A DNA stretch of 64,000 nucleotides, from NCBI GenBank assembly GCA_047495785.1, contig JBLDXI010000019.1, positions 1,240,001 to 1,304,000 on the forward strand, read 5' to 3'. This DNA is from Lepidodermella squamata. Lineage: Eukaryota; Animalia; Gastrotricha. The translations under genes and the position numbers were made by a program. This document shows, piece by piece, positions 1 through 14,111 of this stretch; position 1 is the first letter of the stretch; each line of letters starts with the position of its first letter. Under the pieces are notes generated by a model. It had not been told where the DNA came from. It did no database searches and saw only the letters and a list, made by a program, of their open reading frames with translations.

Positions 1-3000
1 ATTGCTATAAACTCTTGTAATCATCATTATGATCATGATCTTTCGTGCCGCCTTTAATACTGACGAGTAGTAAAAAAAAATGACCGAAATAACGATGATT
101 TAACGCATGAGTGTTTTTATCGCTAATGGCTGAATGACTCACCGATGAATTCTGAGCGCTCGAATTCGAACCGTTCGTACTAGCCAGCGCTTCGGCAGCT
201 TCCGAAACTTCGGCCTGGTTAATGCCGGTACTGCGTCTCGGCGGTTGTCGCCGACGCGATGAAGACGCCGTGGCAGCTGGCAGGGCTTGAGAGGTGCTCA
301 TTTGGTTGGACGCGTTGTTCGCGGGAACGGCGGCGGCGGGCACAGCAGACGGGACTAGGTTGGTCGCGGCACTGTTGGGCTGGCCGTTCGACCCGCCGTA
401 CATTCTCGACGAGCCCGAGCCGCTTTGCGAGGTGCTGCTCGATGACGCCAACGCAGACGTGGCGTAGACGAGCGACGGGGTGATTTGCGTTATTGGCGAC
501 ACCGTGCCAATGACCGGAGTGGAAGTCGACGAAACTGGGTACTGTTGCTGTTGAATTGCCGAGCCTGATAGACCTTTGCTGGTGGCAGTATTCAGCGAGG
601 AGGGAGGAAGGCCGAATGAGGTCGACACAGGCGCAGCAGTTGCTACGACAGCTTGAGTCGGCGGTACACTCGGCTGGTCGGTTGTCGCAATGCTTTTCGC
701 TTGAGTGAAGTCCTCCAAGGTAACACCTTGCGTCGCTCTTCGTGTTTGCCGATTGTGACGAGCGCGAGCCTAGAAAAAATTTGGTTATCCTTGAAATTTA
801 AAATAAAAATTCCCAGCATACCTTTCTTTCAGCTTCAGCTTCATCGGCGTTAGATCTGTTGGCACTTCCGGCTGAACTGCTTGGTGGCGTAGCGGAAATA
901 ATCGAGGTAGACGGGGTATTAGCCGTGCTGTGTTGGGGCGTGACCGCAGTAACTGGAGTTGCCAAAACAGCCACCATGCCAGTTGTGTTCGGCTGGTCTT
1001 CGACCGAACCTGCGTAACTGCTTTGTTCCTGAGTTATAAAAAAACGGATTTTAGAAAGAGTTGATATCAAAATAATCAAGTCTCAAAACATGCAGAACAC
1101 GTGAATTAATGATGCGTTAGATGTTTTGCTACCGACAATGTCTACCTTTAACGGTGCGAGTGACGATGCTGGTTGGCTCAACAACTGATACGGAGGCGAA
1201 CGAGAGCGTGAAGCCACGTTGTTACTAATGTTAGTCGCTAAACTAGAACCACCATTAATCGAAGTCGACATAGAGACTACGGGCGATAGCGTGCTCGTCA
1301 CCGTTGTAGTCGTGACACCGGGCCGTGCCGGGTACGGCGAGGCCAGTGTCTGATTTATCACTGGAACGTGGCGACTTGCCGCAGCAGCAGCCGCCGATGA
1401 GCTTCGATGAACCATCGTAAAAACAGGCACACTACGCGTCGATTGCTGTTGGATTCTATTCGCATCTTCCGAGGCGACCAGCGTACTGATAGGGCGCTGC
1501 GTGATCGGGCGTCGCACATTGACTTGTTGCGGCGGGGCTTGGTTTGGGGTTATCGCAGATGTTGGAGAGGGAGGCGAGGGAGAGGAAGACATCGAGGAAG
1601 ACGACGAGGAGGACATCTCGACAGTCGGGGTCAAGTTCGAGGGCATCTTACTGAGCTCTTCGACTAGGGCCCGGCTGATACCAGGGCCAAGCCCGTTGTT
1701 ACTAACCGACCCACTCGAAGCAGCGAACGTGGGCAATTTGAGGGATGCACTATCATTAGCATTGCTAGTGTTATTAATAACTGTGGCACTAGATGTAGCT
1801 GAAAGCTTCGGCGTGCTTGTGAGAAATGCTGATGATGCTGATGTGCTATCATTCGTGACTGTAGTAGGATTTGACAACGTGGCACTAACTGGTCGTGCTC
1901 TCCCGACGATACTCGGCATCGTCGGCGAGCTGGTCGAAGTAGTGATTGGCTGAACCGCAACCTGCCGGGTAGCATTGCTGCCGTTTTGCGCGGCATTCCG
2001 TTGATTGTTGCTGGTGCTGTTGCCGCTGGGGGCAAGAGGAGGTCGGAAATCGGTGTTTGTCACTCGACTAGCGCCATTTGTTTGCTGCTTCGGGTAATTA
2101 GAGAAAAGCACGAAACAATAAATCACATGCAAAAAGCCATGCTTGGAAACATTCACGACAAACGAAGTTGTCATGCTTAGTAAAAAAGGAAACGATACTC
2201 ACCTCTTCTGAGGAAGATGCCGAGGAGGCAATGGACGGTTTCCGGTCTACTGGGACCTGGGGTTCCTCGACTGTTACGACAGTACCTCTCGCATTCACGC
2301 GGGCCGGCTCTTCCACCGAGGCCTGAACCACGTTGACCGGGGTTGCTTTAATAGATTGAGCCGATTGGGCTCCAACAGGGAACGACGTCGCTCCAGAATT
2401 TACTGCTTGATTCCTAATAAAATTTAATTTATTCGAGCTATTCTTGTTACTCCGAAGGAAGAAAAACGAACGATAAAACGGTAGATGGCGTGTTTACAGT
2501 GGCATTCTGAGCGATAATATCACGACTCCGTGCGTCTTTGGCATTCAAATCTTGTTCAGGAGCAGCTTGCTGCACGTTTTCAGTCTCAGATCCGCTTTCA
2601 TAACTCGATTCCTCAACTGCCACAGGCTTGGCTTTAGTCGGTTCCGATTCGACAACTTTAGGTTCTGCTTTCTGCTTAGCCTCAATTTCAACTAAGAGAC
2701 GGTGAAGGTCATTGCGAATATCATCAGCCACAACGTCCTCCAACGAGTAGCCCTGCGCGTTGGGTGAGGAAAAACACGATAATAAAAATGACAGATGGAC
2801 ACTCGAGCTCGAGTGCACTGCAAATAAACGAACCAAGCGACTGCAGATATTAGCGTTTGCGCCAGCGCGTAGAAGAAGATCGCACGCGCCGATTTGACTC
2901 CAATGAGCTGCTGCCATCAGCGGCGTCCATTCGTCATTGTCGCGCGCCTCAATATCGGCACCGGCATCTAGTAACAATTGAATCGCCTCCAAGTAGCCCT

Positions 3001-3846
3001 TTGCCGCAGCAACCTGTATATAACATAATTATTACATAAATATATCATGGTAAACAGTAACGGACGTCACTGTTTACACATACATGTAAAGGAGTAGCGC
3101 CACTGCCCGGATGACGGAAGGAAGGCCGCACTCCGTCTCGAAGCCAGCTACGAGCATCTAGAAAATAAATAACGCCAAAAAATAAGTGCATATACTCTCT
3201 GACAAAAGAACACTTGTACGCACCTTCGACCAACTGTGTCTCTTCGGACTTCTTTGCGGATTCGGCATCAATTTCTGTTGAAAAAAATATGTTGATTGCA
3301 ATTAAATGAGATTTTCAATGAACACTCACTCAAATTTCGCATTGCTCCAAGGACAAGATCATAAATATCTGGCTTGTCCAAAGCCAGATCCAGAGGCAAT
3401 TCGCAATTACTATTCAGCGATGATAAATTCGCTTTCCTCTCGATGAGCACTTTAGTAATATCGCTGTAACCACAATATGCAGCACAATGTAAAGGAGTCC
3501 ATCCCTCCGGATCGGTGCAATTTATATCGGCGCCATTGTTCAACAAAAATTCAACGACTTCCAGCTTATCGTAAATGCAGGCTTGGTGAAGCGCGGTTAG
3601 GCCATCTGGGTTAGCAGCATTTATGTCCAAGCCGTAGTTAAGAAGTTGTTTCGCCTCCTCTAGATCGCCGCTACTACAGGCAGATAGAAACATCGACACC
3701 TTATCAAATTTGACACGCGGAGATTTATTCTTGAGCGAGATGGGCTCCTTGTTAGTGTCCGATTCTTCCCATTTCCGCTTTTGTTGCTGCCGGACATTTT
3801 TGGCAACGTCGAAATTGCCCGCAGGAAAATCACTGTTGACCACCAT
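1..3846 (-). CDS. PPP1R12A: Myosin phosphatase targeting subunit (MYPT1/PPP1R12 family), multi-exon, 3' end runs off the window
   Basis: N-terminal MyPhoNE-like RQQQKRKW, RVxF motif (RVKF) and ankyrin repeats (DGLTALHQAC, EGWTPLHCAA, GATPLHVAAAKGY, DEWTPLMAAAHW). ROCK-site equivalents RQTRRATQGVTLEDF (~712-755) and RRSTG; DYKSL near the window edge. Confidence 0.92.
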
Positions 3847-6116
3847 CGGGTTGTTATTCGCTAATAATCATCAACCAAAATCATGGCGCGCCAACTCGAG
3901 GTCGAGGTAAGCTCATCATTAATGGCAACTAGAAAGCGGAAACATATCACTAGAAATAAAAAAACCGAATGAACTGCGTGCATGGTGAAAGGGCGAAGCT
4001 GAGATATTGAGTAAACTTGTAAAATGTATCGCAATATTAACTATGATTAAGTACTGTGATATCAATTAGTATTGAAGAAATCCTGTTATCTGAAAAACGG
4101 TAGAGAACGAGGTCGGACTTTTGACAGCAATGCGCCAACATCGCGGTTCGCGGTTGATATGTCATACTGCGCTGCATGATGATTACCAGAAACGAACGAA
4201 CATTTGAGCCGATTCAATTTAACGTTAGAATTTCAAACCTAAATCTGATGAAGCGCCTTCAGTAAAATCGTTTATCACACAAGTTTTTTCGTTCATTCAT
4301 CAAATTAACTGTTAGTGACATTCAGCAATACAGGAAAGCTATGAAATAGCATATTAATAGCGAAATGTCCGACGAACTAGCTCAGAGTCAATCTTAGAAA
4401 GTAATCAAAGGCATTGATAACTACGAAGAAACAGAAAAATTGAACACGAATTATGAAGCTCAATCGTAAAATAATGTCATGAAATAAACAATGCGAATGC
4501 ATGCCAAGTTGTAATGTTCTCTACGGTGCCCGGTGTCGGAATTTTTTTTCAAATCGGATGATGCACGGGAAATTTTAGTATATGAAATTTGCGTCAAAAG
4601 CTCTCCGCCTCAAGCTGTTAAAGGGTAGCAAAGAACCAAGAACATCTTAACATTGAAAGAAAGAGTTTTCCCACATTTTTCAATAATGAACAATGAAAAA
4701 AAATAGGTCTAAACGTGTCCCGATCAAGATGATGCTAACATTAATAAAAGTAAAATAGACCCGAGCCTCAATGCGACTGTTGGAAGTCATGGGCCATAGG
4801 GCGCACTGTATTGCAGCATACGAGTTTGAAATCAAATAATAGTGGCAACTTTATACCTTGACAAAGCATTCATCACCACTAATCAAAGCTCAAATCTATG
4901 AGCCTACAAAAGAGAAGTGGTGCGTGCGAGACTGAAATGTCAAATCATATAAGATAGTAGTTCCGGTGCCGCTTTGAATGTAGAAGGCAACTATGACCTC
5001 CAGCAGAAACGATTAACTTTCCAAAGGTCTCATCTTCAATATGCGAGGAAATCAGCGAGTAACTAAAATCCTAAAACTAGGGACGCCAACTGCTCTGTTT
5101 CAAACTGCTAACCACAAATGGCGATCAAAAATCAAGCGTAAGAAGCAATGTAAAAAGAATGGAGAGGAAAGTCGATTCAAGATCAAGAACTTGTGCAATT
5201 CGCAAGTGTACTTATCTCAGCCCTAAATCTCAGCCCTACGTTGCGAACAAAACATTTCGCAATTCGGGGGATGCGTTGGTCGAAACGGTGTTTTTCAAAG
5301 AAGTTGCCCCGAAAAATATTTTTTTTCTAACCCTCCAAACATTTTTTGTGAAGAAGGTATTTCCAAATAACACCCAGGTTAATGGTAAATAATGTTTTAG
5401 TGCAGATTTTATTAATTACAATTTAATTGCAGACAAAAACGAATGATTTTAGCCGCCTTAAAATTCAAGGTTCGTTGTCCAGATTTTTGCAAAATGACCC
5501 TTGTGGTGAGAGGTGAGATTTGTCCCATTGGACGATGATGGGCTTGGGCAAGAGAGATTCATGGTTTGATTCTTCCAGTCGTGAAAATCTATGCGCTTCG
5601 AGCAAATATTGTAGAATTCGACATTATAAATGTACTTTTACCCTTTCGCCTTTTCTGTCGACACTGTCGGCTGTTGTTTTGATGCTACAAGACGAGAAAC
5701 AAGAGTCATTCTAACCAATATTGGCAAATTCCGCATTATAAATAAAGTTATCGGTTTATCCAAGTTGACTTGGAGCTAACATTTCGTTAAAGGTGAAACT
5801 GTCTATTGCTTGGAAATTTCGTCCTGCTGAATTTTTTTGTATCTGAGCCTACCAATCTACTTCACACTGTATGGAACAACTTAGTCTCCAGACTCTCAGT
5901 AAAATGGGTCATCTTGGTAGTCTTTGTAAACGCTGTGTTGTCTCGGATATTTTAGCGTAGCTTTACGTCATATTTAACATGTTTATCTCATTGTTTTATC
6001 TTATCAAAATCATGTTTTGCAGTATCTGAAATCTGCTCTAAGCTATTTCATTGTTGCTGCTCAATTTAAATGTAAAATTTTCACCCTTGTCTGCTTAGGA
6101 TCATTGATACTGCAAA

Positions 6117-8590
6117 ATGCCCGAAGTTGTCGGAATCATTTATCCTCCGCCGGAAGTACGAAGTAATTTTTGGATAGAGCACTGTGGACTGCTTGTAATA
6201 GTCATAATCTTATTTAGATATCGTTGACAAAACTGCTGCATTCGTCTCAAGAAATGGATTAGAATTCGAGCAGCGTATTCGTCAGAATGAGATAAACAAT
6301 CCGAAGTTTAACTTCCTTACGCCATCTGACCCTTACCACGCGTATTATCAGCATAAAGTTCGGGAATTCCTCGAGGGCAAAGGCCAGGAACCAACGGCAC
6401 CCAAGGTATGCTAGCTATAAGCAATTAATGAGGAATTAATTTCGATTTTTCTTCTAGCCAACTCCTCAGCAACCCGCAAAGCCTGGTCCTCCCCATTTGG
6501 GTCAACAAGAAAGACTTCAGCAAGAGATAATTGTCCCGAAAGATCCACCTCTACAATATGAATTTATCATCGATCCCCCGTCAATCTCGGCTGCCGATTT
6601 GTAATTTTTTTTACTTAAGCTACCCTATAGTTCAATCAATTTATTATAGAGATATTGTTCGTCTTACGGCTCAATTCGTTGCGAGAAATGGGCGACCTTT
6701 TCTCACCACTTTGATGCAAAAAGAAGCGAAGAATTATCAGTTCGATTTTCTAAGACCTCAACATTCGTTGTTTCAATATTTCACCCGTATGGTGGAGCAA
6801 TACACTAAGATATTGCTGCCAAGCCGGGAACTATTGCAAAGGCTCGACTCTGAGCTGGAAAATCCAAAGGATATTTTGAGGCAGGCTAGATATCGTGTCG
6901 AGTGGACCAAAATGATTGCCAAAGAGAAGCAAAGGGAGGAGGAGGAGCGCGAGAGGGAACGCGTTTCTTACTTGCAAATCGACTGGCATGATTTTGTCAT
7001 TGTTGAAACTGTCGATTTTCAGCCTGGTGACATGGGTAATTTTCCGCCACCGACGACACCAGACCAGGTAGGCGCTCGCGTTCTGCTGGCAGAACGTCGA
7101 GCCAGAGGCGAAGTTATTCCCGATGACGTTTTGATGCGTCGTAATATTCCTGAAGGGGCCATTGCATTCGGCCTCATGGGTCAACAATTTGGAACTGAAA
7201 TGGAGGATGAATTACTGATTGAAAGGATGCAGCGCGAAATGGAGGAGCCGGAGGAGGTAACCATGGAAGAAGCTACGGCTGATACTTCTGCTGCAGATTT
7301 ACCCCCTCCAACGTACGCAGCATCGATTTCCGAAAAGACTGTGCATGCTGCTCCTGAGCCTGAAAAACCGGCGGCTAAGCAATCAGAGGGCCTCATTATC
7401 CGAAAAGATTACAATCCTAAAGGTTTGTCAAGTTTTCGTCAAGAAAAATTGTTGATTTATGTTCAATAACAGCTAAATCGGTTGCCCCTCAACTGCCTGC
7501 CACTGCCGCTGGACTGGAACTTATTTCCCCCATTACTGGCGAAAGATTGGAACCGGGCAAGGTCGCTCACAATATTAAATACAGTAAGTCGGTGCTTGCT
7601 TGTTATTTGTGAAATTCTAACTTGGCATTGCTAGACCTTCTCGATCCGAAGTGGATTCAAGACCGCGACAAGCAGATCAAAGAAAGGAAAGAACGCGAGG
7701 ATGTTTACGCAGTTGGCGCTAATATTACTGAAAATTTGCGGCATATTGCCGAGCGTCGTACCGATATTTTTGGTACTGAGGAAACCGAGATCGGTAAAAC
7801 TGCAACCGATGATAGCGGGTCTTCTAAAGACTCTCGTATCATTTGGGATGGACATTCAGGCTCAAAAGCCAGCGTTGCTGCCGCTGCAGCTCGTTTGGCG
7901 TCTGAGGATACGCCGAGGGCTATCGATGATGACAAAATCGGTCCGAAAATTATTTCAGCTACGATTTCTGCGCCGCCTGTACCATCTAGTCAGCCGGCGG
8001 CTTCGATTTCGTTACCTATTATTCAAGCTCAGCGACAACAAAATGTTGTCATAATGCAACCACCTTTGATACAACAGACTCCGATAGTTCTCGCTCAAGC
8101 TAATCCTGCACCCATGACGTTTTTGGTTCAACAACCTACGTCTGTTTTGCTGCAACCTACAGCTACATCTACTCTTATGCGACCAACTCTTGGGGCATCG
8201 AGCTTGTCGACTATGGTCATGTCGTCTGCTATGGATGACGACGAAACGCCGAATAAAAAGGCTCGTACGGAGGAAAGCCTGGTTCCTGAACAGGAATGGC
8301 TTGCTTCTCATGATCAGATGGTTACGTTTGTCGTTCAATGCCCGAAGCAGGGCGAAAAGCCCGAATGGGACTTGCGGGGTCAAATGCTCAAAGTTACGTT
8401 ACCACTGACGGACAGCATTTCGGTGGTGAAGGCCAAAATCCAGGACCTAACTGGAGTGCCGCCAGCTAAGCAAAAGCTGCAAATTGACGGTCTTTTCACG
8501 AAAGATGCGCAGTCACTTGCGTTTTACAACGTTTCCCCCGGTTCACTGCTCGTCCTGCAGATGAAGGAACGTGGTGGACGCAAAAAATGA
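6117..8590 (+). CDS. SF3A1: Splicing factor 3A subunit 1, multi-exon
   Basis: Spliced start MPEVVGIIYPPPEVRNIVDKTA, two SURP domains, IDWHDFVIVETVDF, C-terminal ubiquitin-like domain ending KERGGRKK. Confidence 0.97.
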
Positions 8591-8685
8591 TTCTTACAAT
8601 TTGCTCATCTGTTATAAACATTCGCAATACACCGATTTGTTCTTACTTTCCGTCTCTTTTTTTGTCTTAGACGTTTTAATTGTTC

Positions 8686-9566
8686 ATGGTTTTGAAATCG
8701 GAAGACCAACCCAGCGCGAGCGTTGGGGCTTCCAATTTCCCCCAACTTCCACCTCAGCTACCTCAAGAGCCCGCTGCCCCACCAGAAATTACCCGGCCGC
8801 CCTTCTTAACAGCCGCATCAAACTACCTCGCACCATTGGATGACGACGCTGAATTATGGGAAACGCACGAAACCACGACTCGTTTCATTAGATCAGTCGA
8901 AACTGCCGTGACCTTATCGAAAACTGAACAGGAGCAGTTGGAGCATTTGCGGAAATTCAGCAATCTTTTCGAAGAGAAAGTCCACAAATTAGCTCAACTG
9001 CGACTGGAGTTGGCCGACATGGAAGAAGAAAAATCGAACTCATTACGAAGCCAAAGTCGTCACTCTATCTCACCTCAAGACATCGAATGCATAAAAAACG
9101 AAAGAGATCGACTGTTGCAACGAATTCCGCGAGATTACAGTACGATTAAGCGGTTTTGGTTTTGCTTCATGCTGCAATAATTTTTCTTATCTAGTGGTGC
9201 CTCATCAACCTGTTTTACAACCGTCGCCCAGTTTTGATAACAGTTATCAACGACAGCCTCCCCCGCCGGTAAATTTCAAGAGTCTCTAATGTAACAACGT
9301 TTTATGCGTTCTATATACAGGGATTCCTATCGCTTCCAGAAATAGCCGGACAGAGTGCCGGTAGCGTTGAGCAACGTTGGCGATGTTATGGTTGTACAGT
9401 TTTAAATCCAGTGACTATCTCCTCATGTCAAGAGTGTGGCATGCCTCGCACCATGACTCCAGGTTTCTTTAACTCTTTATTTCCTCAATAAAAAAGAGAA
9501 TTCACGATTTCTAAAATCGGTTCTTGACTATCAGCCTTTCTACCGCCGTGGCAAAGTTATCGGTGA
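8686..9566 (+). CDS. Coiled-coil plus C-terminal NZF/RanBP2-type zinc finger protein (TAB2/3-like), 3-4 exons
   Basis: Exons splice in frame into QRWRCYGCTVLNPVTISSCQECGMPR (~9372-9449), preceded by a coiled coil. The last exon and stop (9491 or 9566) are uncertain. Confidence 0.65.
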
Positions 9567-10038
9567 TATCTGTTGAAATTAATTACGATGGTAGGAATTA
9601 GAATTTAATCGTCTGCTGCTTTGCTTTTGGTTCTATTTTTTTCCAACTTTTTTTGTTGATTTATCACCTCGCGCATGCTGTGTACCCCTTCCATTCGCAG
9701 TAACTTTATTCTGAATCTTCCATTTAAATTACAGATATATGGGCTGTCGTGATGCCTGGATGCAATTGATACGATCATTGTCAATATTTGATTGCCGGTT
9801 TTAACCCATGTACAAAGCGAGTCAGTCACCATGGCCAACTGCAAGCCTTAAGTGACAAAAATTTGCATGTTAGTACCGTGTAAAGTACCTACCTTGTTCG
9901 ATTTTCCGTATTTTCTCACGAGATATCATTGTTGCGAGACTGTTATTTTTTAACGGGTAAAATATGATCATTTGTTTAACATGCAATTATTCACACTAGG
10001 GTTTTAAACGTGGAAATTCCGCCTGCAACTTCCGGAGA

Positions 10039-11597
10039 ATGAGTGACGACGAGGATGAAGACGTAATTGTCCGCAAAAGACCAAAATTACGTCAGGGTCT
10101 GATGTCTGATGACGACGAACATGATGTTGGTGATGATGGCGATAACGACAGCAATTCAATAGCACCTTCGCAAGCGAGTTCCGCGTCCGATTCGGTGCAG
10201 ATCGAGACTTCAAATGAGGAAGATTTGAAAAAACTTGAACGAGCTAAAGTCGTCCTGAGATACATTCTTGGACGAAACAAAACTGATGCACCGGATATGC
10301 TCTCCCGAGGCGAAACGCGATCGCGTGCTATAGGCTTATTTAGCCATCGTTTAATAAAAGATTCGTCGTTTCTGTTCAGCGATCCATTAAATGGTAAACG
10401 GGAAAGAGCGCAATTGGTTGTGAAACTAAGAAATAACATCCGCGAGAATCGATGGCTGGAAGTCGTGCAAACCACGCGAAAAATGTTCAAGCTGTCTGGA
10501 GGATATCTTCAAACTGACGCTCGCATGCTTTGTTGCTCACTCCAGCGACCAATATTTCTATCGCTGTGTCTACCATCAATGACCGATGAAAACGTGAATA
10601 AGGTGTTTTGATCGAGCGTTTTTTGGCTTTGCTTGATTATGTTTTGTTTTCAGATTCGTAGGATCTATCAGCTGTTGACCCATTGTCCTTGCGGTCAGCC
10701 TCGGCGATTGCAATTGGAATTAGCTAGATTGTTCGGTTCTGTTGGCAATAATGATCAAGCTCTGCAGTCTTTGCGGCAGAATTTGGAACCGCGACATGTT
10801 GGTCCATCAAAGCCAAAAATTCCAAAATTGGAAGAAGAAATGTTTGCATTAGAGACAGCCTTTACTGATTTAGTCTCTCCAAGCGGGCAGAATGTTCGTA
10901 AAACCTCAACAGTTATGGAATGCACGGACCACTGGATCGCTGCCTCGTTAGCGTGGCGAGCAAATATGAATGAAAGTAGCACAGATCTTAGTCTTGTGAG
11001 TTGATGTGGTTACCCCGCTATTAGTGATTTATTTATTATTTTCAGATCTGGAACACCATTAGTGGTGTTAGCGAAGATGCTAATGAAAAGGAAAACTGTA
11101 CAATTGTTGCTCCAACGTGTTGCCGGCTACGCTACGCGCTTTCATTAGCAGACATGCTACTTGCCCAACAGAAAATAATTCCATCCAGCGCTGGGAATGA
11201 AAGAATAATCGACCAAATCACGGATTTGCTCCTTCATTCACCTTCTGATGATTTGTTGCTGTTTTACAAGTAAGGCATTGTAATATGGGGTTGCTAGGAA
11301 TTTACTTTTGCGTAATTCAATAGCGATGTGAACCGGTTGTCAAATCGTAGTACAATAGAACTTTTTTTTCAAATGCTCGATTCACCGATTTTGGCCCGTT
11401 TTCCAAAGCTTTGGTGGCGCCTGCGTTCAGCTATCGTTGCATCGGAAAGCGATCACGATGGACAGGACGAGATCAAAAAGCAGTGGATTTCTTCTGGTCG
11501 GTATTCATGGTGGCCCAAATACATTGACGAGCTAGATCTTCCGAAACATGTCTCAAAATATGCGAACAAAACGCTGTCATTGGTGAAAAGTCTGTAG
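10039..11597 (+). CDS. Putative TAF1A/TAFI48-like RNA Pol I SL1 subunit, 4 exons
   Basis: Acidic N-terminus, helical body, and C-terminal LFFQMLD...LWWRL...IKKQWISSGRYSWWP, which resembles the TAF1A C-terminal LD..W..L..W..R..WWP pattern. GT-AG introns link ORFs 10039, 10633 and 11328. Confidence 0.5.
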
Positions 11598-11714
11598 TCA
11601 CGCTCAATTTTTTTTACAACTTTTTCATGGTCGAACCATACTATTTTAGTCATCGTATTTTTATCCTTCAATTTTATTTCTAGATTTTTTATTTGTTTTA
11701 TACTTGATTTTGAG

Positions 11715-13630
11715 ATGTGTAAATGTTTCTGGTTGGACACATCGTTTTTTGTCTTCTTCTTGTGCGGCTTGTTAGCCACACTCGGTTGTCTAATATACAC
11801 TTGGGCGATGGGAGACACTCGGCTACTGCTTTATAATGTCGACTCGCAGGGAAATCTATGCGGCTCGAAAAACGGCGATTTAGATCTCACTCATCGGCCA
11901 CTGCTTCTTCTTTTCGATTCCTTCCGTTTTCCGCACTTGGCTTCATCGATTTGCACTGATTCGTGTCCACGATATGACCTAAAAACAAAAGTTGACGCAT
12001 TCTCATATTCAAACAATACTGGGCATTTGATTTGCGAATACAATGTAAGCTCTAACGATTATTTAATGAATTTCCACGCAATTTCCTTTATTTTGACCAG
12101 GTACCGGTACAAGAGTACATGCTAGTAAATTTCGACGTCAGAGGTCGATGCCCTAAACTCCCTGTGTTGAAAAGTGTGGACTATCTCCAAGTTTGCGTAC
12201 CTGAGGTGGCGGTGAACAGTTTCCAAGCTTTAGGGTACATTGATCTCGTTGTCCCGCTTCTCAATCAGTGTTTTCGATCGGTTTACAACTTCTGGGCGTT
12301 TGATGCCATCGCGATCATTTCGGCTTTCTTTCTCGCATCCGTGCTATTTATTCTTCTGAGATGTCTATGCAAATGCGTTTTGGCAGCGGTTTTACCTATT
12401 CTAGTGGTAGCAATTGCCTGCGGAATAGGGTCCTTGTGGTTTGCTTATCACGTCGTGTGTAAACGGCTATCCCAAACCGCAACGAGTAAACTTCCTATCA
12501 CAAGTTTTGAAGTTTACAACGAAATTACGCTATTCGTTTTCGCAATCTTGCTCACAATTGCGCTAGCTGTGTTGCTGTTGATCGTCCTAATGAATATTAG
12601 GTCGTTCCCCCGCGAGCTCGACACACTGTTCAAGGTGTTTGCAAAATTCATGGATGGTTCGAAATACGTTATATGGATGCCCTGTGTTTGCTGCATAGTT
12701 GTGGGAGTGATTCTAACGGGAGGTGCTGCAGCAGCGTTCTGTGCACTGGGTCTTGTCGATATTCAGCCATCGCCGCCTTCGAGCCAAATGGATTTTGTAA
12801 AACTACCGGGCCCACCGTATAAAATTCGACCGGAAAGGCGCGCTGTTGCTTTTGCTGTGGTTTTAGCGTTATTTTGGCTACCTCGTATCGCCGTAAATGC
12901 ATTCAAACTGGCGATATCTCTTTCTGCGTCTCAGTTCCTGAAGGAGAGCGAATTATTCCCAAAGTTGGGCATGGTTCCGAAGCAAGTTGGCTATCGTCCG
13001 TCTTGGTTTAGTTTATTATCAACTGCTGTTTCAATTTCATTCGCTGAATGCATACTGGCACCGGTATCTTTCTTCTCCGGCCTCATTCTTGCCTTGGCGA
13101 GTCCGTGTGAAACTTGCTGCACTTGTTTCAACGGTGTCTTGCGAGTGATAACTTTCTGGACACCTGTTGGCTACGCAACTCAGGCCAGCGTCAACGATTC
13201 CGACAACTATCTTGGTCATCGATTTTTTGGTAAAGCTATTACGGATGGTTTAGAACGAATCAATAGCTTACCGAAGGGACATCGAGCATACACCGCCCTC
13301 ATTGCTGCTGAATGGATGCTGGCCTGCATTTCAACTGCTATTATTTCTCTGCCGATTTGCGTTTTGATTCTGCAAATGCGATACGCAGAATATCTCTCGT
13401 TGTCAACGCCTTCAATTTTCTTGATTTGCTTCTTTGCATACTGGATAGCTGCGGCTTCTCTCGCTCCCTTTTCAGCTGCTTTCATTACATTTTGTCTCAA
13501 TTACGATATAGCTTCATCAATTGTCGAAGAGACCTCAGAAAAGCCTACCGATAAAGCAGTACCTGTGAGCTTGGACGCAGCTTCGAGGCAGAATCAGGCT
13601 AACTGGGAGAAGCAACAACAAAAGAGCTGA
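11715..13630 (+). CDS. Choline transporter-like (SLC44/CTL) membrane protein, 2 exons
   Basis: GDTRLLLYNVDSQGNLCG, ICTDSCP and GRCP..VL.S ectodomain motifs, followed by multiple TM helices. Intron ~12045-12100. Confidence 0.85.
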
Positions 13631-14111
13631 TAAGCTGGTAGAAGTCTCCTTTCCTTGTGAATCTGGTGGCTACGTTGTGTTTTTTATATATGTATATATC
13701 ACATTATAGCATTTATTCTTGACCGATTTTACGCAAATATTGATATAAATATAGTGATTCAATGCAAATGATGGTGTTGCATACTAGAAATATGTGTTTT
13801 TGCTTTTATTTTCTCGACAATCATTCTGTTCTTTGTGTTTTTATACGATGTATGTAATGTCTCGAGCTTTTAATCAACGTTTTTTCTATGAATGTTATCA
13901 TTTTGATTGTGCACTTTGATTAAAATTATAGCCGCCTATTTTGATATATAACCAAATGATAGAAAAGCTTCGCTGGTGCTGAATATTAAATATCAACCAA
14001 AACGTTGTTTACGAATATTATTTTTACGAGCATAGTGGAATCGTCACATAAACGCAAAACGACTACCTGGATATTTGATAATTCTTATTTATTTTAGGTT
14101 GTAATTTTAAA

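Noticed and set aside
4510-5520. Possible transposon remnants in the MYPT1/SF3A1 divergent spacer
   Set aside because: No paired TIRs, TSD or transposase motifs found.
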